DNA from: Hydrolagus affinis
Lineage: Eukaryota
Reading direction: 5' to 3'
DNA length: 64,000 nucleotides
NCBI GenBank assembly: GCA_012026655.1
Contig: JAAILG010000163.1
Coordinates: forward strand, 1-64,000
The position numbers were made by a program, and so were the translations under genes. The notes below the pieces were generated by a model. The model had not been told where the DNA came from. It did not search any database and was given only the letters and a program-made list of their open reading frames with translations. Positions within the stretch are counted from its first letter, which is position 1. Every line of letters starts with the position of its first letter. Below are positions 1 through 11,250 of this stretch, one piece after another.

Positions 1-88
1 CAATTGACGACTGTGTTTTGCCCACAAATATACAGTCAATTCACTTCACAGTATATATCAAATGCAAGGATTTTTTAAATTATTATTA
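1..88 (+). mobile_element. 3' fragment of young tRNA-derived SINE (family A), internally deleted
   Basis: cccacaaatatacagtcaattcacttcacagtat...atcaaatgcaaggat(tta)n matches the core/tail of the full copies at 60459-60777 and 15412-15722. Confidence 0.85.
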
Positions 89-217
89 ACTGCTTTGTGT
101 TCCCCCCCACCCACCCGACCCCCCCACCCCACCCCTAACAATATTAATGGAGCAGTATTTTTTTCCCTTATTATACTTTATTAAAAGCATCGTCCAAAGT
201 GTGAACTGTGTATTTAC

Positions 218-460
218 TCTGCCTGATATTCAGGTGTTGTACTGAGAGAGCACCTCTCAGAGGTGCCGTCCTTTGGATGAGACACGATACAGTTTAGCAG
301 GTGGAGGCTAAAAGGTTTTCATTGCTTATTATTAAAAAAAAGTGAAGGTATTTCTCTCTCTGGTTCTGCGGGTGTCCTGGCCAACAATCCTCCGGTTCCC
401 TTAACCACCCGCTGTTTTAGGAAAGCCTTTTCTGCGCTCCAAACGGCAGCTGTGTCTCCG
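218..460 (+). mobile_element. Decayed Deu-domain SINE (SacSINE1/AmnSINE1-like)
   Basis: gtactgagagagcac..gaggtgccgtcctttggatgagac..caggtggagg..gggtgtcctggccaac follows the recalled Deu-domain consensus (GGAGGTGCCGTCTTTCGGATGAGAC..CAGGTGGAC..GGTGTCCTGGCCAA). Confidence 0.75.
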
Positions 461-570
461 TGCGGAGTACGGTTGCGAGACTGGACGGCAGTTGCTGTCC
501 ACTATTTTGAGTGGCTTCGTCAAGCTCGAGAAAGGCCTTTGAATTCCTGCAGATAAATCGTTTCGATGAG

Positions 571-606
571 TTGCATTTCTGGCGTGTCACCTGCAGGGGG
601 CGCTAT
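571..606 (+). promoter_or_regulatory. Candidate CTCF site with upstream module
   Basis: tcaCCTGCAGGGGGCGCta (587-605) is one mismatch from CCASYAGRKGGCRS; TTGCATTTCT (571-580) lies 6 bp upstream, the spacing of the TGCAG upstream module. Confidence 0.6.
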
Positions 607-913
607 TATTTTAGCCTTCCGCGCGAGGTGGTCTGAGCTGGGGATTGCAAAAGCCCTGACAATCTCCACTAAAATTGTGTGATTGAAGTACTGTACATGT
701 TGTACGTTAGCGGCCAGCAAATGCCTGTCTCGGTGTCCGTTTTATTGTGACGCACGGTGTATATTTAGCTCTTGAGGTTCGTCTTGTGCCTCTGTTCCTG
801 CAGATGATGTAGAATTGCAGGGCTCGGAAACAGACCATGTAATCCAGCAACTGGTATCTCTCTCTCTGTGTAACTCAGCGCTTCTCCATTTCACCTTTAC
901 AATATATACCTGT

Positions 914-1306
914 GGAGTCCAGCAGTCCTCGGTGGTTAGAGCGCTCGCCTTACAAACATGAGACTTGTGTTCGAATCCAGGCAGGTCGGGGCCAAATCTT
1001 GGGCAAGTTTCCTTACTCCACATGCCTAATAATAATAATAATAATCCCTCCCCCCCAAACAATACAATAATAAAATCAGTCATTTCAACCCACGACTGTT
1101 TGCGGGGACGCCGCTGTGCGCAATTGGCTGCCGCGTTTCGCCCACAAACATACAGTCAATTCACTTTACAGTCTCCCGCTCGGGTCCCAACCTAACTGTT
1201 CAGTGCCTTGGGATGTCCTCCCGACGTGAAAGGGGCTCGATCAATGTAACTTTGCTGTTGTTTAGAAAATGTGAAAAGCGCTATATCAAATGATTATTAT
1301 TATTAT
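914..1306 (+). mobile_element. Full-length SINE family A with nested L2 3' tail
   Basis: A-box ggtggttagagc, B-box gttcgaatcc, core gactgtttgcggggacgccgctgtgcgcaattggctgccgcgtttcgcccacaaa; tail remainder gtgaaaagcgctatatcaaatg(att)n resumes at ~1263. Confidence 0.85.
1173..1262 (+). mobile_element. L2-type LINE 3' tail nested in SINE
   Basis: cagtgccttgggatgtcctcccgacgtgaaaggggct..aatgtaac..(gtt)n, same tail as the L2 3' end at 26595-26926. Confidence 0.75.
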
Positions 1307-1365
1307 TCTGTGACGCGCTCGATGACTTGATAAGGTGCTATATCAAATGCAAGGATCACTATTAT
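1307..1365 (+). mobile_element. Second SINE A tail fragment
   Basis: gataaggtgctatatcaaatgcaaggatcactattat. Confidence 0.7.
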
Positions 1366-1378
1366 GTTTCTCTATTCA

Positions 1379-1480
1379 GAGTGGAGTAAGGAAACTTGCC
1401 CAGGGTTTCATCCTGTCTGGAATCGAACCAGGGTCTCTCACTTGCAGGGCGAGTGCTCTCACCACTGAGCTACAGGAGCT
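1379..1480 (-). mobile_element. tRNA-derived head of SINE A
   Basis: Reverse complement agctcctgtagctcagtggtgagagcactcgccctgcaagtgagagaccctggttcgattccagac..caagtttccttactccac, with A and B boxes. Confidence 0.85.
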
Positions 1481-2741
1481 TCACCACTGATAATGTTACG
1501 AATTGCAGCCTCTCGGCTTCTATTCCTATGCTGTTTTGGGGGAGGTCAGGAGGCTGGGGTGGGGCGGGGGGGGGGGGTGGGTGAAGAGAGAGAAAAAAAA
1601 CCTGAAACATTTGTGCGTCATATTAGATAGCTGAGGAATCACATTTACAGTGAGAGACAGGGCCAGTGTGAAGGCTTATTAGGGATGTATTTACTGTACT
1701 TGGTGAGGAGATGGAAAGGCTTTTTTTTGTAACCTGTCTCCGATCTTTTCTCTTTAAATGTACATTTTCTTCTTTGACCAAGTTTTTCTCTCTCTCTCTC
1801 TCTCTCTCAGCTCGCATTTGCAGCCAGTGTTCATTTATATGGGGGAACAATCCAAAGAGAAGAATGCGGGTGGTTCTGTTTTTTATTAGTGCTGTGGCAG
1901 GGTCCATAGACACACTTGAATTTCATTAAAAAGCCACAGATGTGGGGGGAAAAAAAACCCTGCGTTTTATTCTTTCTTTGGCTTATTGCGGTTCTGCTGG
2001 CCTGGCGCTAATTGAATATGACTGAAGCTTTTTCACCCTCGAAATGCTGTATCCATTTTTCGGCTGTGTGGGTTAAGCATCATGCTGTTAAATATATGGT
2101 TAAAAGCACCTACACTTTGATGACCTGTGACATCGGTAGAAATGGGATTTTTATTTTCTCTCTCTTTCCCCCTCTCTCTCTCTCTCTATCCAGATCTGAG
2201 GAATGTGAAAGGTGGTACTTCTATTAAATCCAAATCTGTTAAAATCTCAGTCCATGGGGCCTGGAAATACACGAAGCAGATGTGTAAATCTTATTTAGTT
2301 TAATTTAAAATTCATACTGTGGAGACGACCCAAAAGGGGTGAGGTGGGCAGTTTTAATAAAAAAAATTCTCCTTTCCTTACATTAAATTGATGTAAGCCC
2401 TGCAGAGTTAATTTCTCTGGATCTTCATCACATTGCACGTGTGATCACACAAGCGAGATAAGGGAGAGGCTGAAGGTAAAATCTTAATTGAGGATATAAA
2501 ACCAACATCATCGCTCCAGTGGGTTGTTAAAAAAAAAGGAGAAAGTCACCCAAGAAACGACCATTTGTGAGGCTGCTTTGAGAATATCCGTCAACAAATT
2601 CATACCTTTTAGGGTTGAGGCTTGGTTTCTTCGCTTACTTGTTGAACGTTAGACTCCTTGTGTTAATTTTTTTTTTAAAATGTGTCATTCCATTAATGTA
2701 AGTATTGTGTTATAAAATAATGCACATTTGAACTTTATGTT

Positions 2742-2792
2742 TTACATAAGAAAGCGCAGAGGAAGAAAAGTACATTCGGGCCATCGAGCCTT
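2742..2792 (-). mobile_element. CR1-type 3' end fragment
   Basis: cataagaaagcgcagagg..cattcgggccatcgagcc resembles the reverse of the shark CR1 tail (ggctcgatgggccgaatgg..tcttatg). Confidence 0.5.
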
Positions 2793-3449
2793 CAGTTGGT
2801 CACACCAAATGTACCTGATCATTGATTCTTCACCCACCCCCACCATGGCTTCCACTCAGCCAATGTCTCCATGACACATGAGCCCTTCAGTTCAGTTAGT
2901 TTGTGCTTTGATCTGGATTGCTTTACATAGAATGAATGGTACCCACTGCAGGCATTTCCAAATAAAGAAACCAGATTGACTTATTGCACATTAACTGGAT
3001 ACTGATTTGGGAAAGTTTTCTACATTCTGTACAGTTTTTGGTAAAAAAATAAACAAAAACAAAATTTCAATTGACTTGAGAAATGAGACATAAGAATCCG
3101 GACCTTCTAATGAAATGGATGCTTGAAGCGAGTTTTGTATTTCTCGAAATCTGTTTACTTTTTCGTGTTTGCTTCTGATTGTGAGCCGAGTGGGTTTTTT
3201 TTCTCCTTGGTCTTCACCACGGTGTTGTGTTGCCTCACCACGTCAACTTGTTAATGCTTGGCAGATTCTTCCTGCTGCCTGGCCCCTTACATACTTTAGT
3301 CATTTCATGCTTTCCTAATGTCGTACAGAATTCAACATTATAATCCCTTTGATGACCTCCACTTTTGCATCAATTAGTGATATCACAAGACGCGAGGTAT
3401 TGGCTTTCAATTTCCGGATCCTGTTCCACCTTCCCCTTGTGTGCCAGCC

Positions 3450-3620
3450 TGGCTCAGGGACATTGTTCTCACCTCTGAGTCAGAAGGTTATGGGTTTCAA
3501 GCTCCCCGTCGATAGTTGGATTCATCTAAGATGACTCCGCAATGCTGGGATGGGGGTGGGGGGAGGGTCTGTTGTATTGTCGAAGGTGCCATCCTTTGGA
3601 TGAGACAAGGTTCCGACTCC
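3450..3620 (+). mobile_element. 5' part of Deu-domain SINE
   Basis: tggctcag..ctcacctctgagtcagaaggttatgggtttcaagc head followed by gtcgaaggtgccatcctttggatgagac. Confidence 0.75.
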
Positions 3621-3657
3621 CCCCTTACCCCTCTTTTCCCCCTTTCTCCCCTGGCCC

Positions 3658-3900
3658 CACTTCCATGACTGTTTGTGGGACACTGCTGTGTGGTATTTGG
3701 TTGTCACGTTTCGCCCGCAAATATACAGTCAATTTTCTTACTCTCCTTCACCTTGCCCCGACCACTTCCCCCCTGCTCTTGTACCTAGCTAACCGTACAG
3801 CGCCTTGGGACGTCCTCTCGACGTGAAAAGCGCGATATAAATGTAAGTTTTGATTGATTGAACTGCCTGTTCAGATGGCTATATCACATGCAAGTGTTCT
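3658..3900 (+). mobile_element. SINE A core interrupted by L2 3' tail (3734-3860)
   Basis: Core ccatgactgtttgtgggacactgctgtg..atatacagtcaatt, then pyrimidine-rich L2 3'UTR plus cagcgccttgggacgtcctctcgacgtgaaaagcgcgatataaatgtaag, then SINE remainder gctatatcacatgcaag. Confidence 0.75.
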
Positions 3901-4894
3901 TCTGATTATTTGGTGCAACAATTTGGTGAATCCACTTTTAATGCTTACATTTAATTCACTACGTAGCTCACAAATTGCACAAATTGCGTGGCTTCTGAGG
4001 GGAAGGGTTTAATGGTTGTAGAGTCAGTCCCGTCAAAACAATGTGGTACCAATGGTTTATTGTATTCTGGGGAGGACGGGCGAGGGGGAGTTGTATCACA
4101 ACTGGTGAAGAGTTTATTCTTGTGCCTTTTTTTTTTAACAATCCGCTCGGTGTTCTGTGGGGACGGAACGTGTCTGTGGAGAGCCACGGATATCCTCCAC
4201 CGGTGGAGATTTTTTTTTTTTCGGAGGTGGCAAGAAATCGAGGGAATAGAAATGATTACCGCTGTGTGCAACGTGGAATGTTAAACACTGCTTGAACTGG
4301 TTAGGTTTCTGGATCCCTTTCAGTAGTAATTTGATGCAAAACAGGAGCAATTATAAATCCACTTGAGACAAAGTACAAGCAGCCTGACAACTCGAAAAGG
4401 AAGAGCAAATGTCAACATTGTGACACTTACACTCTGGTTTGTTTTTTCAAACTCACAATTACATCATTAAGCTTTTTTTTATTCGGCGCAGTAATTGTGG
4501 GTGGGGGGGGGGGGGGGGAAGGAGGAGAAAAAAAACATCCAGTGTGTTTTCAGTTGTAATTGTTGCATGATTTGAACTCTCATGATTGATTTATAGACAT
4601 ATTCCAGAGCCCTAATGTACCACTTGTTCTTTGTTTGTGATTTTTTTTTCTTCTTCTTCTTCGCTTTCCCTCTCTGTGCACGTAATTTTATTAATTCCCA
4701 CAAAGGTACTCGGTGTTCTACAAAAAAAAGGTTCCAGAGAGTCTGTGGAAAGCTCAACGTTTATCATCTCCAAGATCCTTAAGTGCGGTTAGCATATTAA
4801 TGCTGTCTCTCTAACTGCGCATTTGGTGACTAATTGCCATGATGTTGGTGTACCTTCTGTCGTAGTTCTATTCCTGATACCACAACTCCACTCA

Positions 4895-4980
4895 CTCCAC
4901 TTTAAAGTATATATTCCGTGAAGCGCTTTGAGATGTCTTGAAGATGTGATCAGGTCTATGTCAACTCCTATTATTATTGC
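4895..4980 (+). mobile_element. SINE A 3' tail
   Basis: gtgaagcgctttgagatgtcttgaagatgtgatcagg..tattattatt. Confidence 0.75.
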
Positions 4981-6137
4981 TACCACTTGAGATTAGAATG
5001 AACCAACACTCTTTGGAGTTGAAGGTGACTTGAGTTTCCTTGTTGCAGATCACGGCCCTGGTGGACAGTCAACACTGCAGTGTTTGTAGTGGGATGGGGG
5101 GAAAAGCACAAAAGGTGTGCAATCTCCTTGATTTGCAAGATTTGGGAGTCTGAGCGCTTGCAGAGAAGATCTAAATTGTTCATCTGTGCACAGAAGGAAA
5201 GTATGTGATGGCCTAGAAAGGAGTTCACCCCAACAGTAAGCTGCAATACAGGCCAAATTTACATTTATATGGTGCCTTGGCCATTCTTATGGACATCTCG
5301 CATTTACATAACGCACTTCATGCTGGGAGGTGGCCTGGAGCATTTAACATCGATCTGGTATTAAATGTTATCATCTCAATCTCATCAATGAGATTGAGGG
5401 CATCGGGAGAGTGGTGCACAAGATTGACTGGTGTGGAAAGTGGACTCGTACGTTCCACTAACTTAAGGTGGAGCAAATTGGAGGTCCAGAATTCCACTCT
5501 GTCTTCACACACAAGTCTTGAAACGCTTAAATTTCAAAATAAATGCTGCAGCACTTGGAGTAATAGAATGTAGAACGTGGCTGGAAATTGATTTAAATGT
5601 TCTTTGAAAGAAAGAACAGAAAGAAGAATGGGTTTTGAAGTTGAAGACAATTTGCTGGCTTTGGTGACTTTAGAAATGTTTTGTTAAAGAAAAATAAGGC
5701 ATTTGTGATTTTTAAAAAAAAAGGCATTCAAGCCTTGCTCTTTAATCAACCTCTGGTTCAAGACCTCGTTACAAAGACAGATGTATAATTTTGGTGCAAA
5801 AGTGCTCAATGGGTCTCCATCTCCTGAAACCATCCCAATTTGCAAGAATTACCCATGTCATACAGAGAATATCAAATGAAGGCGCAATAGATTGTTCACC
5901 TTGAGGTTGCTGTTCCTTTTCCAAATCATATTATTCCCCACACACTCCATTTCTCATCTTCCTTTCTTGCCTCTGGTCCATCGGTCTTATGTTTATTACA
6001 CTTCTAACTTAGGATTTCTGCATTAGTGGCATTTATTTGAGTTTCGGTAATTGCAAGTTCGCAGGAAGACTCTTTAACGTTTTTTTTTGTGTGTTCAGCG
6101 GGTTCACAACCAATACATTTCATGGCAAACCATTGGG

Positions 6138-6237
6138 AACAGCGTTTGAGATGTTTTGACGACGTGATAAAGTATCACATCAACAACAACAAAATTACAT
6201 AGTGCCCTTCACGTCAGGAAAGGACGCCCCGAGGCAC
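6138..6237. mobile_element. Tail-to-tail SINE A tail (+, 6138-6181) and L2 tail (-, 6181-6237)
   Basis: cagcgtttgagatgttttgacgacgtgataaag abutting caacaacaacaaaattacatagtgcccttcacgtcaggaaaggacgcc. Confidence 0.65.
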
Positions 6238-7629
6238 ATCAGATGAAGGGATTCTTGTTACTTTTGTCTCACATAAGAAAAGTGAGTAAACGATGAACTC
6301 TTATGTCCTCTTATTTTACGACACAAAGCCGATTATTCATTTTAAAAGCAGGTGTTTTTCGTTGCCTCGTTTGTCCCATTATTTAACCCTGCTTCCAATT
6401 TGCAAGCAAACTGCATTTCAATACACAGTCCACTGCATCTCTTTTTGTTCGATGTTGCGTCAAACAAAACTGCATCATCTCCCCTTCATATCCTGGGCGG
6501 GCAAGCGAGCTTTGGAATGTCTATGTCACTTCTGATGGAAGAGGTTTCAGAGTGGACAGGGACAGTTTTTGATGGAACTAATATTTGTTCTTAAGCCCTT
6601 AGAGTGGGAATGCCACCTCGTAACCCAAGATGTGATCAAACACTCACAAATATGGTTTGAGCATCTGCTGGGACTTTGAATGAAAGCCACACTGTATGTG
6701 CAGCCAATGTTTGGCATTGGGCCATTCACATAACATTAGTGTTCACATTACACGGAGCTTCTTCCAACATCTGCTGTGTTCTTTAAAGCCGCACGTTGAA
6801 CTGCTAGAACGAGTTGCTTGGTGAGAGAGAAAAGAGAGAAGAGAGAAAAAGATCAATTATTCCACACTTTGCAAACTATTTGATTGTATCATATCGTCTA
6901 GCATGATTAGTTAAATAGGTAGAATTTATGAAGAAAGGGACAGGGCAAGACTGGACGCAAGAGAATGTTTTCTCTTCTATGTATAAAGAGAGAGGAGAGG
7001 CGGGGGAGAAATCTTGTGAATAGCGAATAATAAAAACTGACCATCTGCGAAGAGAATTGACTGGAACAAGGTGCCGAAAGATGATGAGATGGCATTTTAA
7101 AAGAGGGAGCGTATAAACGTAGAGAAAGATAAAGGATGACAAGAAAGTGAAATAAAGCTTGGAGCAAAGACAAAACTGGTAAACGTAATGCTGCTCACAA
7201 CACAGCAAAGAGACATAGCTTCACTCTTGGAAGGATATTGAAGGAGCTGTGAAGGAAAAGCTAGGTTTGAGCCTCTGTTGGTTTTCCTTCCTTCCACTCT
7301 TTCACTGCCCCTCGCTCTGCCCCATGTGTGACTAACCCAGTTTGTACCAAACTTTTTTTCACACCTACACACACTGGGGTCTTATTTTCAGGCCGATGTA
7401 CAAAGTTTTGCAGCTTGTGTGAACAGATGTGGAAACGCAAGCAGCTGGACTAAATTGTGTAATTAACCGGCCTGTGAAGGATTCCAGGATCACCTGTAAT
7501 CTTTTTCTCGTTGGTTTAACAATTAACTGGTAATGGGCGAGCCCCTGAGATCAGCAGCTCACAGGTTCAATCCTTTCATAAAAGTGCAATTTCCTCCCCA
7601 CATGTCCTTTTTGAATATGGTTAACATTA

Positions 7630-7752
7630 GAATAATAATAATGAATCCCTGCATTTGATATAGCACCTGATCACATCTTTCGGACGTCGCAAAGCGCTTC
7701 ACAGAATATACCTGTCCAGTGAATTGACCGCGTACTTTTATGGGCCAAACAT
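7630..7752 (-). mobile_element. SINE A 3' half
   Basis: (aat)n..ctgcatttgatatagcacc..aaagcgcttcacagaatata..gtgaattgac. Confidence 0.85.
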
Positions 7753-7938
7753 TTTTCACGTAATGCGCAAGCTTGTCAAGATTTAACCCTTGCAAATTAA
7801 ACACCAGCTCCCAACATAATTCACAATATAACTGTTGGCGACAGCTGATAGTTGACAGACGTTTGAGCAAAACATTTTTAAAAAATAGTTTGAAAGAGGA
7901 TCATAAATATACATATATATACATATGTATATATATAG

Positions 7939-8062
7939 AACAACAAAATTACATTTGGATAGCGCCTTTGACATTGGGAGGGTGTCCTGAGGTGCTGTAT
8001 TAGAATATGTGAGTTGAAGTCTCTGCTGTGGAAGCTTGAACCCATAACCTTCTGAAATTCAA
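7939..8062 (-). mobile_element. L2 tail (7939-8003) plus Deu-SINE head fragment (8030-8062)
   Basis: caacaaaattacatttggatagcgcctttgacattgggagggtgtcc; cttgaacccataaccttctga. Confidence 0.6.
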
Positions 8063-10479
8063 CCCGAATGCATGGAAGGATCTATTCTCATACTGGTGGC
8101 TGCTATTTTCTCTTAATATAAAATCTGGTAGTATAAAATCTGCCCAATTTTAATTCTGTTTTCAGTGGGAAGAGAATTTACAGCACACGAGCCCGCACCC
8201 CCCACCCTTTATACAGACATTTACAATTGGTAGGATGTATCCAACACTAGTAAAGTTTATTATAGCCATCGGCCTGCTTCCATTTTGTTCGTCATCTGGC
8301 AGAGTTTTTGATATCTCTCTGGGGCAAAGGAGGTTGATCAAACCTGAAGGAATATTCAACGTGAATAAAGGTGGTTGGGCGGGCCCCTGAAACGAACACA
8401 AAATTAAGCGAAACAATTCTGTGTGTGTGTGTGTCTCTCTCTCTCTCTCTCTGCATTGATATAATTTAGCTGATGCAAGTTCTAATAATTTTACAACGAA
8501 CAATAACAATTCACCGTGTGGTGGAAAGGAATTATTTGGGGGGCAAGCTGGAAAACACGGAGAGTACTCTGAAGATTAAAACACATGTGCAGAAAGCTGT
8601 AAATCAAACGGCAGTTTGTAAATTTACATTAAGGCTTCCAACATTTTTATATTGAGAAATGTCCAGCATGCTAATTATATTAGATCATCATTTTCATCTG
8701 GAACTAAGCAATCTCTGGCTAGAATTCTCTATAGATGGGCTAAAATGGTGGTGTGTTGCCAGTTATTGTACTGAAACCTTGTTTGAATTAGTGTCTGCTA
8801 AATGAACGTACCCCACTGTGATGTAAAGACTGAGCTCCCAGTGGTTTAGACTATCTTTAGTGAAAGGCATATTTATATCTTCCAGACTGGTTATTAATCA
8901 CTCAGTGGGTTTTTTGGGTACGTACATTCATAGAAAGTCTTTTTGTCCTGCCAGAAAGCACAAGAATGGCTGTAATTAAAACACTGATTTAATTTATTGC
9001 ATCAAGGCACGAAAGGTGCATGTTTTAAACAATGCTGACTCAAAGCACCACCTCTGTTATAAATGAAAACAAAATGCTGGAAGAAATTAAATAATTTTAA
9101 TTGCATTTTTTTCACAAAAACCTTGTGGAGTGGCGGAGAGCAAGGTTTTCGAGGGGAGAAAGTGACATTGGATATTTGCACGTCGGCAATAGAGAAATAG
9201 ATTGAAGCAGTCAAATGTTGGATAAAAGGTATATTCATTTTGATTTTTGACAATTAAACTTGCACCTCCTTCGCAGTTAAATATACCAGCCTCTTTAACA
9301 TTCAGGCTGTTTTAAGTAATTTTTAAGCCACAGGTGGGGGACCGTATATGTACAATTCAGCAAAAAAAAAAGTATCCAATTTTCTTTGTTCAGTAATAAG
9401 AAGGTCTCTTGTATAATAACTCAATTTCCCTAAGCTCATAAGGAAACTTAATTTCCTTCAGCCCACGTAGTTATGAGTAACATTTTATGCTGCATTATGA
9501 TCGTGCTTTGACGGGAAGAACTACTGAGCCTGAATTAATATTTTTCATGGCAACACAATACTTGTGTTGTATCCATAACTGGTTCGTTTTTTTAAATGCA
9601 AAAACAAAGTTGAAAAGGAGGGACGATGGCTAGGGAGAGGACATCATGAGCACTCTCGTGCCATTGCTACAAACTAGTTCCAGGTAAAATAAAGTGGCAA
9701 AATCTGGAGTGACATTATTGATGTATAATATGCTTTAAGACCTGTGACCCAAAGTCTTTCTGAGAGAGGGTCAACTTTGGACCATTTGATCTCACCCTCT
9801 TTGGAATAGTAATTCCACCGTCTCCCTGAAGCGATGAACAATGGAAACTTTATTTTCCCAACAGTTTTGAATAGTTTGTGTGAATTGGCACTGAGTATAG
9901 CTCAGTTCTTCTGTGAAATTGCGTACATATTCTAAAGCCCAGGTCTCCAGCGGACCTCACATTAAACACATGATTTCCACAAGACCTATATTTGTCATTA
10001 TGTTGCGTCCCAAGGAGGTTATGAGAATAAAAAGGGATTTTTATATCTTGCAGTTAATTTCTTTTTCTTTAAAAAAAAGCTAAGTTGCAATGGAGGGAGG
10101 GAGAGGGAAGAAGCACTTAATGTATACTCTGTAGGCTTTGGCATATTAACTGCACCAGGGCAGATAATTTGATGCTGCTCTATGTAACTGAGTTTGTACC
10201 TAATGTAAAAACATAACACATGCTGGGATCAGTAGATTATCAAGGCTGTTTCAATAATGATTAAGATTAGCATAGCTCAGTTTACATTCTGACGCCTTCC
10301 TCACTTTTGTAATAAACTTTTTTTATATAAACTGTTCCCTGTTGTGTATATCATACTTATTGAAAGAGAATGAACACCACTGTCTTTATTTATTAGCTCA
10401 TTAAAGTTGCGTTGATGCACTTGGGATTTTTTTTTTACATAACCTACATATTTGTTTTACACACCCTGTCAATCGAGCA

Positions 10480-11250
10480 ACTTGTGGATTCAATCCCATT
10501 GTCAGGATTTCACCTTGTAGTCTAAACGTGCAGGGGGAAAGCATGGCATGATGAGAGATGTCACTCTATTTGTATGAGACTTTAGGCTGACTCTCTATCT
10601 GGAGGTGCTATCAATTGGATGACTTGTGAACTCTAGGTACAGTCTGTCTGTTTAGATTAACAGTTAAAAATCCTGTGGCACTATTTTACATGTATTCTTC
10701 TGGTATCCTTGCCAGCAATCACCCAGAAATAATTGGTCATTCTCTTCATCATAATAATAATCCTTGCGTTTGGTATAGTGCGTTATCAAATCTTCGAGGC
10801 ATCTCAAAGCACTTCACAGAGTATACTGTACTGTAAAGTGAGTAGACTGTGTATTTTGTGGGTGAAACATGGCAGCTTAATGCACAGAGTAGTATCCCAC
10901 AAACTTGTGGATTGAAGTGACCGATTTTTTCATTTTGTTTTTAAAGGAATTATTTCCACGGAAAAGCCAATTAACCAACAAGCAGTTTGCTACTTACTCC
11001 TAGGTAATCAGAGATGTGTGGAGTAAGGAAACTTGCTCAACCTTTTGCCCTGCCAGGAATCGAGCCCAGGTCTCTCGCTGGCGGGGCGAACGCTCTAATC
11101 ACTGAGCTATGGGACTCCATGCGGCTTTTGTGGGACACTGTTGTGCCCCAATTAACTGCTGTGTTGACCAACAAAACACATAGACACAACACTCTTCATT
11201 AAATTCCTATTGGAATTTTTTTTTTAATCAGCCTCTTGATGCGAAAGCCA
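10480..11250 (+). mobile_element. Old Deu-domain SINE split by a younger antisense SINE A
   Basis: Deu motifs (ggaggtgc, aaaaatcctgtggcactatttt, tggtatccttgccagc, ggtcatt) stop at ~10750 and resume at ~11120 with ggcttttgtgggacactgttgtgcc. Confidence 0.65.
10751..11118 (-). mobile_element. Full-length SINE A (long variant)
   Basis: Tail, core, tacctaggagtaagtagc segment and tRNA head (ggagtcccatagctcagtgattagagcgttcgcc..gggctcgattcctgg on minus). Confidence 0.85.
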
